Of a stretch of DNA of 64,000 nt, positions 9,208-18,397 are shown piece after piece (within the stretch, counting starts at the first letter, position 1; every line of letters begins with the position of its first letter). The notes under the pieces are model-generated. The model was not told where the DNA came from, ran no database searches, and saw only the letters and a program-made list of their open reading frames with translations. The position numbers were made by a program, and so were the translations under genes. The stretch is from Candidatus Dormiibacterota bacterium (GTDB lineage: Bacteria; Chloroflexota; Dormibacteria; Dormibacterales; Dormibacteraceae): NCBI GenBank assembly GCA_036378695.1, contig DASUVY010000046.1:489-64488 (forward strand). The letters run 5' to 3'.

Positions 9208-10337
9208 CGCGAGTCCTGGTGGTGGGCGGCGGGCTGGCGGGCTGCGTGGCCGCCGCGGCGGCCACCCGCGACGGCGCCGAGGTCACGCTGGCCTGGCGGG
9301 CGCCCGGTGCCACCGCGCTCTACTCGGGCGCCATGGAGATCGCCGGCGACCTCGGGCGGCTGCCGGCCGGCCACCCGCTCTGCCGCCTGGGCATGGACGC
9401 CATGCGCATCGGCTCCGAGCTGGACGACGCGCAATCGGCGTTGGTCTCCTGGCTGCAGCGGGCGGGCCTGGAGCTGGTGGGCTCGGCGCGCCGGGCCGGA
9501 CTGTACGCCGATCTCCTGGGGCGCCCGCGCTCGGCCAACCTGGTCCCGGCCGGCGTGGCGCCGGGCGAGCTCTCCGCCCTGCGCGGCCGGCGGGTGGCCG
9601 TGGTCGGCATCGCGGGAGTATCCGAATACGACGCCGAGAGCACCGCGCAGGCCATGCGCGAGCTCTGCGGTATCGACGCCTTCGCCCACGCGGCCGAGGT
9701 CGGCGATCTGCCGCCGGGCGCCTCCCTGACCGACCTCTACGGGCGCGCGGCGCCCGCGCTGCGCGGGCTACGCGCGGAAGCGGTGGCCTTCCCGCCGGGC
9801 CTGGCCGGGCTGCCCGACCGGGGCTTCGAGCTGCTCGCCGTCACGCCCGGCCCGCACGGCCACCGCCTCCAGCTGGCTTTGGAAGCCATGGTCGCCGCGG
9901 CGGGGGTCACCTCGGTCCAGGCGCCGGTGCATGGCTTCGAGGGTGAAGGCACGCAGCTGCGAGCCGCCCTGGTCGGGGACCAGGAGCTCGCCGCGGACAG
10001 CTTCGTCCTCGCCACCGGACGTTTCATCGGCGGCGGCCTGGTCAAGCGCCGCCGCACCCACGAACCGCTGCTGGGCCTGGGCGTCTTCTGGGACGGGGAG
10101 CCCGCCGCCGCCAGCCGCCGGCTGCCCCGCCTGGAGTACCTGGACCCCGCGCCCGCCTTCCAGGCCGGGCTGCTCACCGACGACCGCCTGCGTCCGCTGG
10201 GCGAGGACGGCCGGGTCGCCTACCAGAACCTGCGGGCGGCCGGGGCCGTGCTGGGCGGCTGGGACGAGGGCGGCGAGATGGGCTTCGGGGTTCCCCTGCT
10301 CACCGGCTGGCTGGCCGGGCGCTGGTCCGCGGCTTGA
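9204..10337 (+). CDS. FAD-binding protein, GlpB-like (anaerobic G3P dehydrogenase subunit B family)
   Basis: ATGA overlap with ribF. N-terminal Rossmann VLVVGGGLAGC...ALYSGAMEI resembles the GlpB N-terminus. Confidence 0.6.
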   Translation: MTRVLVVGGGLAGCVAAAAATRDGAEVTLAWRAPGATALYSGAMEIAGDLGRLPAGHPLCRLGMDAMRIGSELDDAQSALVSWLQRAGLELVGSARRAGLYADLLGRPRSANLVPAGVAPGELSALRGRRVAVVGIAGVSEYDAESTAQAMRELCGIDAFAHAAEVGDLPPGASLTDLYGRAAPALRGLRAEAVAFPPGLAGLPDRGFELLAVTPGPHGHRLQLALEAMVAAAGVTSVQAPVHGFEGEGTQLRAALVGDQELAADSFVLATGRFIGGGLVKRRRTHEPLLGLGVFWDGEPAAASRRLPRLEYLDPAPAFQAGLLTDDRLRPLGEDGRVAYQNLRAAGAVLGGWDEGGEMGFGVPLLTGWLAGRWSAA

Positions 10338-11632
10338 CGGCGGTCCACGACCTCTGGCCGCGGGGGGTGATCAGCCGCCGCGGCGGCGTGGTGGCGCCCG
10401 AGGTCGAGGTCCGGCGGCCGACGACCTACGAAGAGGTCGCCGAGATCCTGCGGACGAGTGCCCGAGTGGTGCCCTTCGGCGGCCTCAGCGGGGTGGTGGG
10501 TGCGGTGGCCCCGAAGGCCGGTGAGATCGCGCTGGACATGGGCGCCTTCGACCGCATCCTGGCCATCGATGAGGTCGACCTCACGGTGCACGTCCAGGCC
10601 GGGGTGCGCGGCGGCGTGCTGGAGGAGGCGCTGAACGCGCGCGGCCTGACGCTCGGCCACCATCCCAGCTCACTGCCCCAGGCCACGGTCGGCGGGCTGA
10701 TCTCGACCCGCTCTTCGGGCCAGGAGTCGACCCGCCACGGCTCCATCGAGGACATGGTCCTGGGACTCACGGTGGCGCTGCCCGACGGCAGCCTGGCACG
10801 GCCGCGCCCGGGTCCCCGCTCGGCGGTCGGCCCGGCGCTGCACCAGCTGCTGGTCGGGGCCGAGGGCGGCCTCGGCGTGGTCCTGGACGCCATCCTGCGG
10901 GTGCACCGGCGCCCGGCCTCGCTGGAGGGCGGCGGCTGGCTCTTCCCCGGCGTCGAGAGCGGCCTGGCCACCGTGCGCGAGATCGTCCAGGCGGATGTCC
11001 GGCCCCTGGTCCTGCGCCTCTACGACCCCGAGGACACGCAGTTCCAGGGCGTCTCCGAGCCGGGCTGCCTGCTGATTGCGGCCACGGCCGGCGAACCCGA
11101 CGTGGCCCGGGCCGAGGCGGCGGTGGTGGCGCGCGCGGCTGCCGGCGCCCGCGAGCTGGGCCGCGAGCCCTGGGAGCGCTGGCTGCGCCACCGCTACGAC
11201 CTTTCAGGCGAGCGCATGCTCGACATCCTGGAGCCCCCCGGCGCCTACCTGGACACCATCGAGATCGCCGCCTCCTGGAGCCGTCTGCCGCAGGTTTACC
11301 GCGAGGTCAAGAAAGCGCTCACGGCCGCCTCAGGCCTCGCGCTCTGCCATTTCAGCCATGCCTACGCGCAGGGCTGCTGCGCCTACTTCACGTTCGCGGG
11401 CTCGGCCCCGGACGAGGCGGCGGCGCTGGCCGCCTATGACCGCTGCTGGGCGGAGACGATGCGCATCTGCCTGGAGCGCGGCGCCACCATCAGCCACCAC
11501 CACGGCGTCGGGCAGGCCCGGACCGCCTGGGCGCGCCAGGAGCTGGACGGCTGGTGGCCGGTCTGGGAGAGGCTGCGCGACGCGCTCGACCCGCGCGGGG
11601 TCATGAACCCGCGCGCCGTGGGCGGCCGATGA
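10334..11632 (+). CDS. FAD-linked oxidase (PCMH-type FAD-binding domain, GlcD/AGPS-like)
   Basis: TTGA overlap. FAD-binding-4-like N-terminal half and a C-terminal HHHGVG motif typical of FAD-linked oxidases. Confidence 0.75.
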   Translation: MTAVHDLWPRGVISRRGGVVAPEVEVRRPTTYEEVAEILRTSARVVPFGGLSGVVGAVAPKAGEIALDMGAFDRILAIDEVDLTVHVQAGVRGGVLEEALNARGLTLGHHPSSLPQATVGGLISTRSSGQESTRHGSIEDMVLGLTVALPDGSLARPRPGPRSAVGPALHQLLVGAEGGLGVVLDAILRVHRRPASLEGGGWLFPGVESGLATVREIVQADVRPLVLRLYDPEDTQFQGVSEPGCLLIAATAGEPDVARAEAAVVARAAAGARELGREPWERWLRHRYDLSGERMLDILEPPGAYLDTIEIAASWSRLPQVYREVKKALTAASGLALCHFSHAYAQGCCAYFTFAGSAPDEAAALAAYDRCWAETMRICLERGATISHHHGVGQARTAWARQELDGWWPVWERLRDALDPRGVMNPRAVGGR

Positions 11633-12558
11633 AACCTGTAATGGTCGTCGTCAATCCGGTCTCCGGCGGCGGACGCACGGCGCGGCGCTGGCCGGAGCTG
11701 GAGCGCGTGCTCAAAGGCGCGGGGTTGGACTGCGAGGCCGTCTTTACGACCGGCCCCGGCGACGCCACCCGGATCGCCCGCCGCGGTGTGCGCGAGGGCC
11801 GCGAGCTGATCGTGGCAGCCGGCGGGGACGGCACCATCAGCGAGACCGCTGCGGGCTTCTTCGCCGAGGGCCGGCCGGTTCCCACCGAGACCCGCTTCGG
11901 CGTCCTGCCCACGGGCACCGGCGGCGACTTCCGGCGCACCTTCCGCATCCCCATCGACCCCCGGGCCGCGGCGCTGGTCCTGGCCGGGGGCGGCCGGCGC
12001 CGCATCGACGCGGGGCTGGTGCGCTACATCGACCGCGACGGCCATCCGGAGCAGCGCACCTTCGTCAACATCGCTGACGCGGGGATCGGGGGCGAAGTGG
12101 TGCACCGCGTCAACACGGGGCCCAAGGCGCTGCCCGGCCCGGTCACCTTCTACCTGGCCTCGGTGCGCACGCTGCTGTCCTGGAAGAACCGGCCGCTGTC
12201 GGTGACCGTGGACGGCCTGCGTCGGGAGCTGGTGGCGCAGCAGGTGGTGGTCGCCAACTGCCAGTACTTCGGCGGTGGCATGCGGATGGCCCCCATGGCG
12301 CTGCCCGACGACGGGCTCCTCGACGTGATCGTGGTCGGCGACGTGAACCCGGTCGAGAACGCGCGCGGACTCGGTCGCATTCGCAAGGGCACCCACCTGG
12401 AGGACCACAACCCCAAGATCAAGGCCTACCGCGGGAAGCGCGTCGAGGTGGAGTCCGAGTTTCCGATCCCGCTCGACGTGGACGGGGAGGGGCCGGGCAC
12501 CGTGCCGGCGATCTTCGAGGTCATCCCCCAGGCCTTGACCTTGATGGTTCCGCTGTGA
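11629..12558 (+). CDS. Diacylglycerol kinase-family lipid kinase (YegS/BmrU/Rv2252-like)
   Basis: ATGA overlap. NPVSGGG...AAGGDGT catalytic-domain motifs. Confidence 0.85.
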   Translation: MKPVMVVVNPVSGGGRTARRWPELERVLKGAGLDCEAVFTTGPGDATRIARRGVREGRELIVAAGGDGTISETAAGFFAEGRPVPTETRFGVLPTGTGGDFRRTFRIPIDPRAAALVLAGGGRRRIDAGLVRYIDRDGHPEQRTFVNIADAGIGGEVVHRVNTGPKALPGPVTFYLASVRTLLSWKNRPLSVTVDGLRRELVAQQVVVANCQYFGGGMRMAPMALPDDGLLDVIVVGDVNPVENARGLGRIRKGTHLEDHNPKIKAYRGKRVEVESEFPIPLDVDGEGPGTVPAIFEVIPQALTLMVPL

Positions 12559-14060
12559 CCCGAGGCGTGATCGCCAGCCCGCACTTCCTGGCCAGCCAGG
12601 CGGGCGCGGAGGTGATGCGCGAGGGAGGCAACGCGATCGACGCGGCGCTGGTCGCCGACGCCGTGCTCTGCGTGGTCTATCCCCACATGACCTCGATCGG
12701 AGGGGATCTCTTCGCGATGGTCTGGCCGGCCGGCGCCGCCGCGCCGGTTGGCTACGAGGGCGCCGGGCGCGCGGGATCCCTGGCCAGCATCGAGGCGCTG
12801 CGTGAGCAGGGGTACTCCTCAATGCCGCCGCAGGGTGTGCTGACGGTGACGGTGCCCGGCACCGTCGAAGCCTGGGGCCGGCTCCTGGAGACCTATGGCA
12901 GCGTCGGTCTGGGGCGGGTGGTGGCGCCGGCGGTGGCGCTGGCGCGCGACGGCTTCCTGGTCACGGAAGGTCTCTCGCGGCACCTCCACGACCACTTCGA
13001 GTGGCTGATGACGGACCCCGAAGCCCAGCGCCTGCTGCCCCCGCTGATGCCGGGGATGCTGCTGCGCAACCCAGATCTGGCGCGGTCGTTGGAGCTGATC
13101 GGGCGCTTTGGGGTCAACGTCTTCTACCGCGGTGAGCTGGGTGCCGCGATCGCTGACGCGATCGGAAAGCGGGGCGGGCTGGTCACGGCCGCCGACCTGG
13201 CCACCCACCGCGGCCGCTGGAGCACGCCCCTGGCGGCGGCCTATCGCGGCTTGACCGTCTACGAGATGCCGCCGCCCACTCAGGGCCTTCTGGCACTGGC
13301 GCTGCTGAAGCGCATGGAGCGGCTCGATTCGAGCCTGCTGCGGCCGGGACCCGACCTGGCGCGCGAGCTCTACCGGCTACGCGATATCGCCTACCCGCTG
13401 CGTGACCGGTACATCAGCGACCCCGACTTCGTGACCGTGCCGGACGAGCCCTTCCTGAATCCGGAAGTGGCCGGCGTCGGGAGTGGGGAGGCGATTCCCG
13501 AGGGGGACACCATCTACCTCTGCGCGGCCGACGAGCAGGGCAACGTGGTCTCGCTCATCCAGAGCGTCGCCAACTCGTTCGGGTCCGGCGTGATCGCCGA
13601 GGGCACCGGGATCCTGCTCCAGAACCGGGGTGTGTACTTCAGCCTCGACCCCGCGCACGTGAACCGCCTGGAGCCCGGCAAGCGGACCATGCACACGCTG
13701 ATCCCGGCGCTGGCTTCGCGTTCGGGCGCCAAGGAGCCTTGGTCGGCCTTCGGGTCGATGGGCGCCGACGGCCAGCCCCAGATCCAGGCTCAACTCTTCG
13801 TCAACCTGGCCGATGCGGGACTCGACCCCGCGGCGGCGGTGGCGACGCCACGGGTGCGTGTCCGGCCGGGTGGGGGCGAGCTGTGGGTTGAGGCCGATTA
13901 CCCGGGCGCGGGGGAGCTGCAGCACAGCGGCCTGCCCGTGAAGCTGCTGCCGCCGCGCAGCACCTCGATGGGCCACGCGGCCGCGCTGGTGGTGGAGGGC
14001 CCAGGGGAGTGGCGGGCGGGGGCCGACCCCCGCTCCGACGGTTCGGTCGAATTCGCCTGA
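12555..14060 (+). CDS. ggt: Gamma-glutamyltransferase family protein
   Basis: GTGA overlap. GGNAIDAA, MTSIGGD and the GDTIYL autoprocessing region. Confidence 0.88.
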   Translation: MTRGVIASPHFLASQAGAEVMREGGNAIDAALVADAVLCVVYPHMTSIGGDLFAMVWPAGAAAPVGYEGAGRAGSLASIEALREQGYSSMPPQGVLTVTVPGTVEAWGRLLETYGSVGLGRVVAPAVALARDGFLVTEGLSRHLHDHFEWLMTDPEAQRLLPPLMPGMLLRNPDLARSLELIGRFGVNVFYRGELGAAIADAIGKRGGLVTAADLATHRGRWSTPLAAAYRGLTVYEMPPPTQGLLALALLKRMERLDSSLLRPGPDLARELYRLRDIAYPLRDRYISDPDFVTVPDEPFLNPEVAGVGSGEAIPEGDTIYLCAADEQGNVVSLIQSVANSFGSGVIAEGTGILLQNRGVYFSLDPAHVNRLEPGKRTMHTLIPALASRSGAKEPWSAFGSMGADGQPQIQAQLFVNLADAGLDPAAAVATPRVRVRPGGGELWVEADYPGAGELQHSGLPVKLLPPRSTSMGHAAALVVEGPGEWRAGADPRSDGSVEFA

Positions 14061-14147
14061 CCCCGCAGCCCATCCCGGATTTTTCGAAAAATCGGCTCCG
14101 CGGGCAGCGATTCCGCTCGGCTTTTTCGAAAAATCCGGCCCGCGGGG
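14061..14147. repeat. Long imperfect palindromic element carrying two perfect A/T-core palindromes (ATTTTTCGAAAAAT and TTTTTCGAAAAA)
   Basis: Outer arms CCCCGC (14061-14066) and GCGGGG (14142-14147). A/T cores at 14079-14092 and 14122-14133 are mutually complementary and stand out in GC-rich surroundings. Confidence 0.7.
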
Positions 14148-14183
14148 CCTGGGTCCGAGCGGCCGGTATACTTACCGGTCGGT

Positions 14184-14450
14184 TTGGCAGTCGAAAGCAA
14201 GAAAGCGAATCTGATCGGGGAGCATCGGCTCCACGAGACGGACACCGGGTCGCCCGAGGTCCAGGTCGCACTCTTCACGGAGCGGATCCAGCAGCTCACC
14301 GAGCATCTCAAGGTGAACCAGAAGGATCATCACTCCCGCCGTGGCCTTCTTCTCCTGGTCGGGAAGCGGCGTCGCCTGCTCAACTACCTGAGCCGCAACG
14401 ACGTCGGGCGCTACCGCGCCCTGATCTCGAAGCTCGGAATCAGGAGGTAA
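14184..14450 (+). CDS. rpsO: 30S ribosomal protein S15
   Basis: 88 aa, [36 protein letters not shown], with a TTG start. Lies upstream of pnp. Confidence 0.93.
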   Translation: MAVESKKANLIGEHRLHETDTGSPEVQVALFTERIQQLTEHLKVNQKDHHSRRGLLLLVGKRRRLLNYLSRNDVGRYRALISKLGIRR

Positions 14451-14485
14451 TAAACAAGGCCGGAGGTCGGTCTCCGGGTCAGGCC

Positions 14486-14541
14486 CTTGAAGGCCGGCGG
14501 TCGAGCGGCGCGTACGCGCAGGCTCCCGACCAGCCTTCAAG
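14486..14541 (+). promoter_or_regulatory. Long stem-loop in the rpsO-pnp spacer (candidate pnp leader processing or terminator hairpin)
   Basis: CTTGAAGGC (14486-14494) pairs perfectly with GCCTTCAAG (14533-14541), with further inner pairing CGGTCG/CGACC. Confidence 0.45.
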
Positions 14542-14558
14542 CACCTGGCTCCCGACAG

Positions 14559-14578
14559 ACCTCCGAGCCGATGGAGGT
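14559..14578 (+). promoter_or_regulatory. Hairpin able to sequester the pnp Shine-Dalgarno sequence
   Basis: ACCTCC (14559-14564) is complementary to GGAGGT (14573-14578) across an 8-nt loop. GGAGG lies 6 nt upstream of the pnp GTG at 14584. Confidence 0.35.
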
Positions 14579-14583
14579 ACTAC

Positions 14584-16809
14584 GTGGCGATAGTCACGAA
14601 ACAGTTGAATGTGGCCGGACGTCAGGTCACCATCGAGACCGGCCGGGTGGCCGAGCAGGCCAATGGCGCGGTCATCATCCGCGCCGGGGACACCGTCGTC
14701 CTGAGCACGGCCACCATGGCCAGGACCCCGCGCGAGGGCGTCGACTTCTTCCCGCTCACCTGCGACTACGAGGAGAAGCTCTACGCGGCGGGCAAGATCC
14801 CGGGCGGCTTCATCCGCCGCGAGGGGCGGCCCACCGAGCAGGCGGTCCTGACCAGCCGGCTCACCGACCGGCCGATCCGGCCGCTCTTCCCGAGCGGCTT
14901 CCGCAACGACGTGCAGGTGGTCTCCACCGTGCTCAGCGTCGACCAGGAGAACGACCCCGCCATCCTGTCGATCAACGGCGCGTCGGCGGCGCTGACCATC
15001 AGCGACGTCCCCTTCGAGGGCCCGATCGGGGCCGTGCGCATGGGCTACATAGACGGGCAGCTGGTCGTCGATCCGCCGATGTCGAAGATGGAGGATTCAC
15101 AGCTCGACCTGGTCGTGGCGGGGACGGCCGATGCCATCCTCATGGTCGAGGCCGGCGCCAAGGGCGTCAGCGAGCAGGTGGTGGTCGACGCGCTGGAGAT
15201 GGCGCACGACGCGATCCGGGGGATCTGTGAAGGCCTGAGCCAGCTGCGCGACGAGGCTGGGCAGGAGAAGTTCGTCTTCACGCCGCCCAGCTACCCGCAG
15301 GAGCTGATCGACGCCGTCAACGAGTTCGCCGGACCACGGCTCGATGAGGCGGCCTTCAAGAAGGAGAAGTCCACCCGCAACACCGCGCTTGACGAGCTGC
15401 GCAGCGAAACCCTGAAGGCGGTGGGCGAGCGCTTCCCCGACCAGTCGCTGGCGATCGGCGCGCTCTTCGACAAGAAGGTCAAGGACCGCGTACGGCAGCG
15501 CATCATCGAAGAGGGCGTGCGCCCCGACGGCCGCGGCCCGCGCGATATCCGGCCCATCAGCGTCGAGGTCGGGGTGCTGCCCCGCACCCACGGCTCCGGG
15601 CTCTTCACGCGGGGCCAGACCCAGGCTCTGACCATCCTCACACTGGGCACCATGGGCGACCAGCAGAAGCTGGACGGCCTCGGCCTCGAAGAGACCAAGC
15701 GCTACATGCACCACTACAACATGCCGCCCTACTCCGTCGGCGAGGCGCGCCCCCTGCGCAGCCCCGGCCGCCGCGAGATCGGCCACGGGGCGCTGGCCGA
15801 GCGGGCGCTGCTGCCCGTCGTGCCGAGCGTCGAGGAATGGCCGTACACGATGCGGCTGGTCTCCGAGATCCTGTCCTCCAACGGCTCCACCTCGATGGCC
15901 TCGGTCTGCGGGTCGACGCTGGCCATGATGGACGCCGGCGTGCCGCTGAAGGCGCCGGTGGCGGGCATCGCCATGGGCCTGGTCACTCGCGAGGGCGGCT
16001 ACAAAGTGCTGACCGACATCCAGGGCGTCGAGGACGCGCTGGGCGACATGGACTTCAAGGTGGCGGGTACCCGCGAGGGCATCACCGCGCTGCAGATGGA
16101 CATCAAGATCAAGGGCCTCACCCGGGAGCTGATGGCCGAAGCGCTGGAGCAGGCTCGCGAGGCGCGCCTGCACGTGCTGGAGCGAATGCTCTCCGTAATT
16201 CCTGAGCCGCGCCGGGAGATGAGCGCCTACGCGCCGCGCATCACGACCATCCAGATCAATCCCGACAAGATCCGCGATGTGATCGGCCCGGGCGGCAAGG
16301 TCATCCGCAAGATCGTCGAGGAGACCGGCGCCCAGATCGACATCGAGGACGACGGCCGGGTCTTCATCGCCTCCACCGACCAGGACGGCGCCAAGCGCGC
16401 CATCGACTGGATCAAGGGCCTCACCGACGAGGTCGAGGTGGGTCGCATCTACCGGGGCAAGGTGGTGCGCATCCTGCCCTTCGGCGCCTTCGTGGAGGTG
16501 CTCCCCAACCAGGACGGGCTGGTCCACATCTCCAAGCTCACCGACCACCGGGTCGAGCGGGTCGAGGAGGTCGCCAACGTGGGCGACGAGATCATGGTCA
16601 AGGCGACCGAGATCGACAGCCAGGGCCGTCTCAACCTCTCCCGCCAGGCCGCCATCGAGGAGCTCACCTCGCGCGGTGAGCCCATCGACGAGAAGATCGA
16701 CCCCGAGGCCATGGCCGCCGCCCTGGCCTCACCGCCGCAGGAGCGCGAGGAGCGCCGCGGCGGGCGCAACGGCCGCGATCGCGGCGGCCGCGACCGGGGC
16801 CGGCGCTAA
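14584..16809 (+). CDS. pnp: Polyribonucleotide nucleotidyltransferase (PNPase)
   Basis: 741 aa with two RNase PH domains plus KH (GPGGKVIRKI) and S1 (GRIYRGKVVRILPFGAFVEV), and an Arg/Gly-rich tail. Confidence 0.95.
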   Translation: MAIVTKQLNVAGRQVTIETGRVAEQANGAVIIRAGDTVVLSTATMARTPREGVDFFPLTCDYEEKLYAAGKIPGGFIRREGRPTEQAVLTSRLTDRPIRPLFPSGFRNDVQVVSTVLSVDQENDPAILSINGASAALTISDVPFEGPIGAVRMGYIDGQLVVDPPMSKMEDSQLDLVVAGTADAILMVEAGAKGVSEQVVVDALEMAHDAIRGICEGLSQLRDEAGQEKFVFTPPSYPQELIDAVNEFAGPRLDEAAFKKEKSTRNTALDELRSETLKAVGERFPDQSLAIGALFDKKVKDRVRQRIIEEGVRPDGRGPRDIRPISVEVGVLPRTHGSGLFTRGQTQALTILTLGTMGDQQKLDGLGLEETKRYMHHYNMPPYSVGEARPLRSPGRREIGHGALAERALLPVVPSVEEWPYTMRLVSEILSSNGSTSMASVCGSTLAMMDAGVPLKAPVAGIAMGLVTREGGYKVLTDIQGVEDALGDMDFKVAGTREGITALQMDIKIKGLTRELMAEALEQAREARLHVLERMLSVIPEPRREMSAYAPRITTIQINPDKIRDVIGPGGKVIRKIVEETGAQIDIEDDGRVFIASTDQDGAKRAIDWIKGLTDEVEVGRIYRGKVVRILPFGAFVEVLPNQDGLVHISKLTDHRVERVEEVANVGDEIMVKATEIDSQGRLNLSRQAAIEELTSRGEPIDEKIDPEAMAAALASPPQEREERRGGRNGRDRGGRDRGRR

Positions 16810-16815
16810 AAGAGA

Positions 16816-16839
16816 GGGGCGGGGCTGCAGCCCCGCCCC
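16816..16839. terminator. GC hairpin between convergent pnp and permease genes (U-tract only on the minus-strand reading)
   Basis: GGGGCGGGGC-TGCA-GCCCCGCCCC, a 10-bp stem. On the minus strand it is followed by TCTCTTTT. Confidence 0.6.
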
Positions 16840-16846
16840 TGCAAGC

Positions 16847-18382
16847 TCAGACCGAGGCCACCTCGTGGCTCTCGTAGCGGCGGCCGATCTGCCTGGCCGC
16901 CTGCGGGTTGCGGGCCCGCACCAGCGCGAACCAGAGAATGCCCACCGCCGCCCAGGCGAAGAAGACGTAGGGCAGCTTGTCGTAGGGATTGGTCAACGCC
17001 GAGAAGTACTTGCCGAAGAACGGAATCGTGGTCGGCAGCCAGCTCGCGTAGAAGACGATCACCATCGAAGCCGCGCCCACCACGCCGGCCAGCCAGACCA
17101 GTGGGGTGGCCTCGCCGCTCCGCCGTAGCGAGATCGGAGCGGCGGCCGAGACCAGGCCGTAGCCCAGCATGAAGCCGAAGGTGGCCAGGGTGCCGGCCCA
17201 GCCGGTCACGTCTACCGCCGAGCGGCCGCCGAGCACGAAGGCGGCCGGCAGCACGAACATGGGGACGCCCACGACCCAGATCGCGATGTGGGGGGTCTGC
17301 CGGGTCTTGTGGGTCCGCTTCAGAACGGGATGGCCGATCTCGTCGTGCGACATGGTCAGCAGCATTCGCGCGCCGGCGTTGATGCAGGCCAGCGTGCAGG
17401 CGAACATGCTGCACACGATCCCGATGTCGATGATCGGGGCCAGGAAGCCGAGACCCACCACTCCGGCCAGGTCGGGCATCGGCGCGTTGCTCTTGGCGAA
17501 CTTGTCGGTGCCTTGAAAGCCGAGCACCTGGGAGTAGGAGACGACCACGTAGAAGATGCCCACCATCAGGGCGCTGTAGATGATGGCCCGGCCGATATTG
17601 CGCTGCGGGTTCTTGGCCTCCATGCCCAGCGATCCGGCGCTCTCGAAGCCGACGAAGGCGAAGATGGCCAGCGTGACGCCGACCAGGATCCCGCCCGGCA
17701 CCACGCCGCTGAAGGTGAGCTGGTTGCCGTCGATAGGACCCTTCACGATCCAGATCGCGACGCAGAGCACGATGATGATGGCGACCGAGATCGATTCCAG
17801 CGTCAGCGAGGTGCGCGCCGACAGTCTCATGTCGGCGATCGCGACCACGATCGGCAGGATGGTGTCGACCGCGAGCAGCGCGGTGACCAGGTACCTGTTG
17901 GTGGCGTCGAGCCCCGTGATGCGGTTGATGAAGTCGCCGCCGAAGATGGCGAAGCCAAGGGTGGTCGCGATTCCCGTAACGACATAGCCGAGCAAGAGGC
18001 CCCAGCCGGCCGCATGACCGGCGGCGGGACCGAAGCCGCGGGTGACCCAGACGTAGAAGCCGCCCGCCGAGTTCATCTTGCGGGCGAACTGCGATGCGCA
18101 GTAGCCGACGCAGACCATCGTGATGATGGCCACCACGAAGGCCAGCCAGGTGCCGTTGGCGGCGTTGAGGAAGACCAGCAGCGGCAGCAGCGCCATGGCC
18201 GCGCTGGGCGCCATGTTGGCCACCGACTGCGCGAGGACCTCCGGCATCGAAAGCGTGTTGCGACGGAGCGAGGTGGCGCCTGCGGCCATCGAAGGCTCGG
18301 CCACCACCACGGTTTCACGGAGCGGCGCCGGGCCGGTCGGCGCTCCTACCGGGCCGCCGGGCGGTGTCTTGATCTCGGACAT
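16847..18382 (-). CDS. APC-family amino acid/amine permease
   Basis: 511 aa with about 12 TM segments and an APC-type sequence pattern. Lies immediately downstream of the amine oxidase. Confidence 0.85.
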   Translation of the reverse strand: MSEIKTPPGGPVGAPTGPAPLRETVVVAEPSMAAGATSLRRNTLSMPEVLAQSVANMAPSAAMALLPLLVFLNAANGTWLAFVVAIITMVCVGYCASQFARKMNSAGGFYVWVTRGFGPAAGHAAGWGLLLGYVVTGIATTLGFAIFGGDFINRITGLDATNRYLVTALLAVDTILPIVVAIADMRLSARTSLTLESISVAIIIVLCVAIWIVKGPIDGNQLTFSGVVPGGILVGVTLAIFAFVGFESAGSLGMEAKNPQRNIGRAIIYSALMVGIFYVVVSYSQVLGFQGTDKFAKSNAPMPDLAGVVGLGFLAPIIDIGIVCSMFACTLACINAGARMLLTMSHDEIGHPVLKRTHKTRQTPHIAIWVVGVPMFVLPAAFVLGGRSAVDVTGWAGTLATFGFMLGYGLVSAAAPISLRRSGEATPLVWLAGVVGAASMVIVFYASWLPTTIPFFGKYFSALTNPYDKLPYVFFAWAAVGILWFALVRARNPQAARQIGRRYESHEVASV

Positions 18383-18397
18383 CTCTTTACCCCCTCT

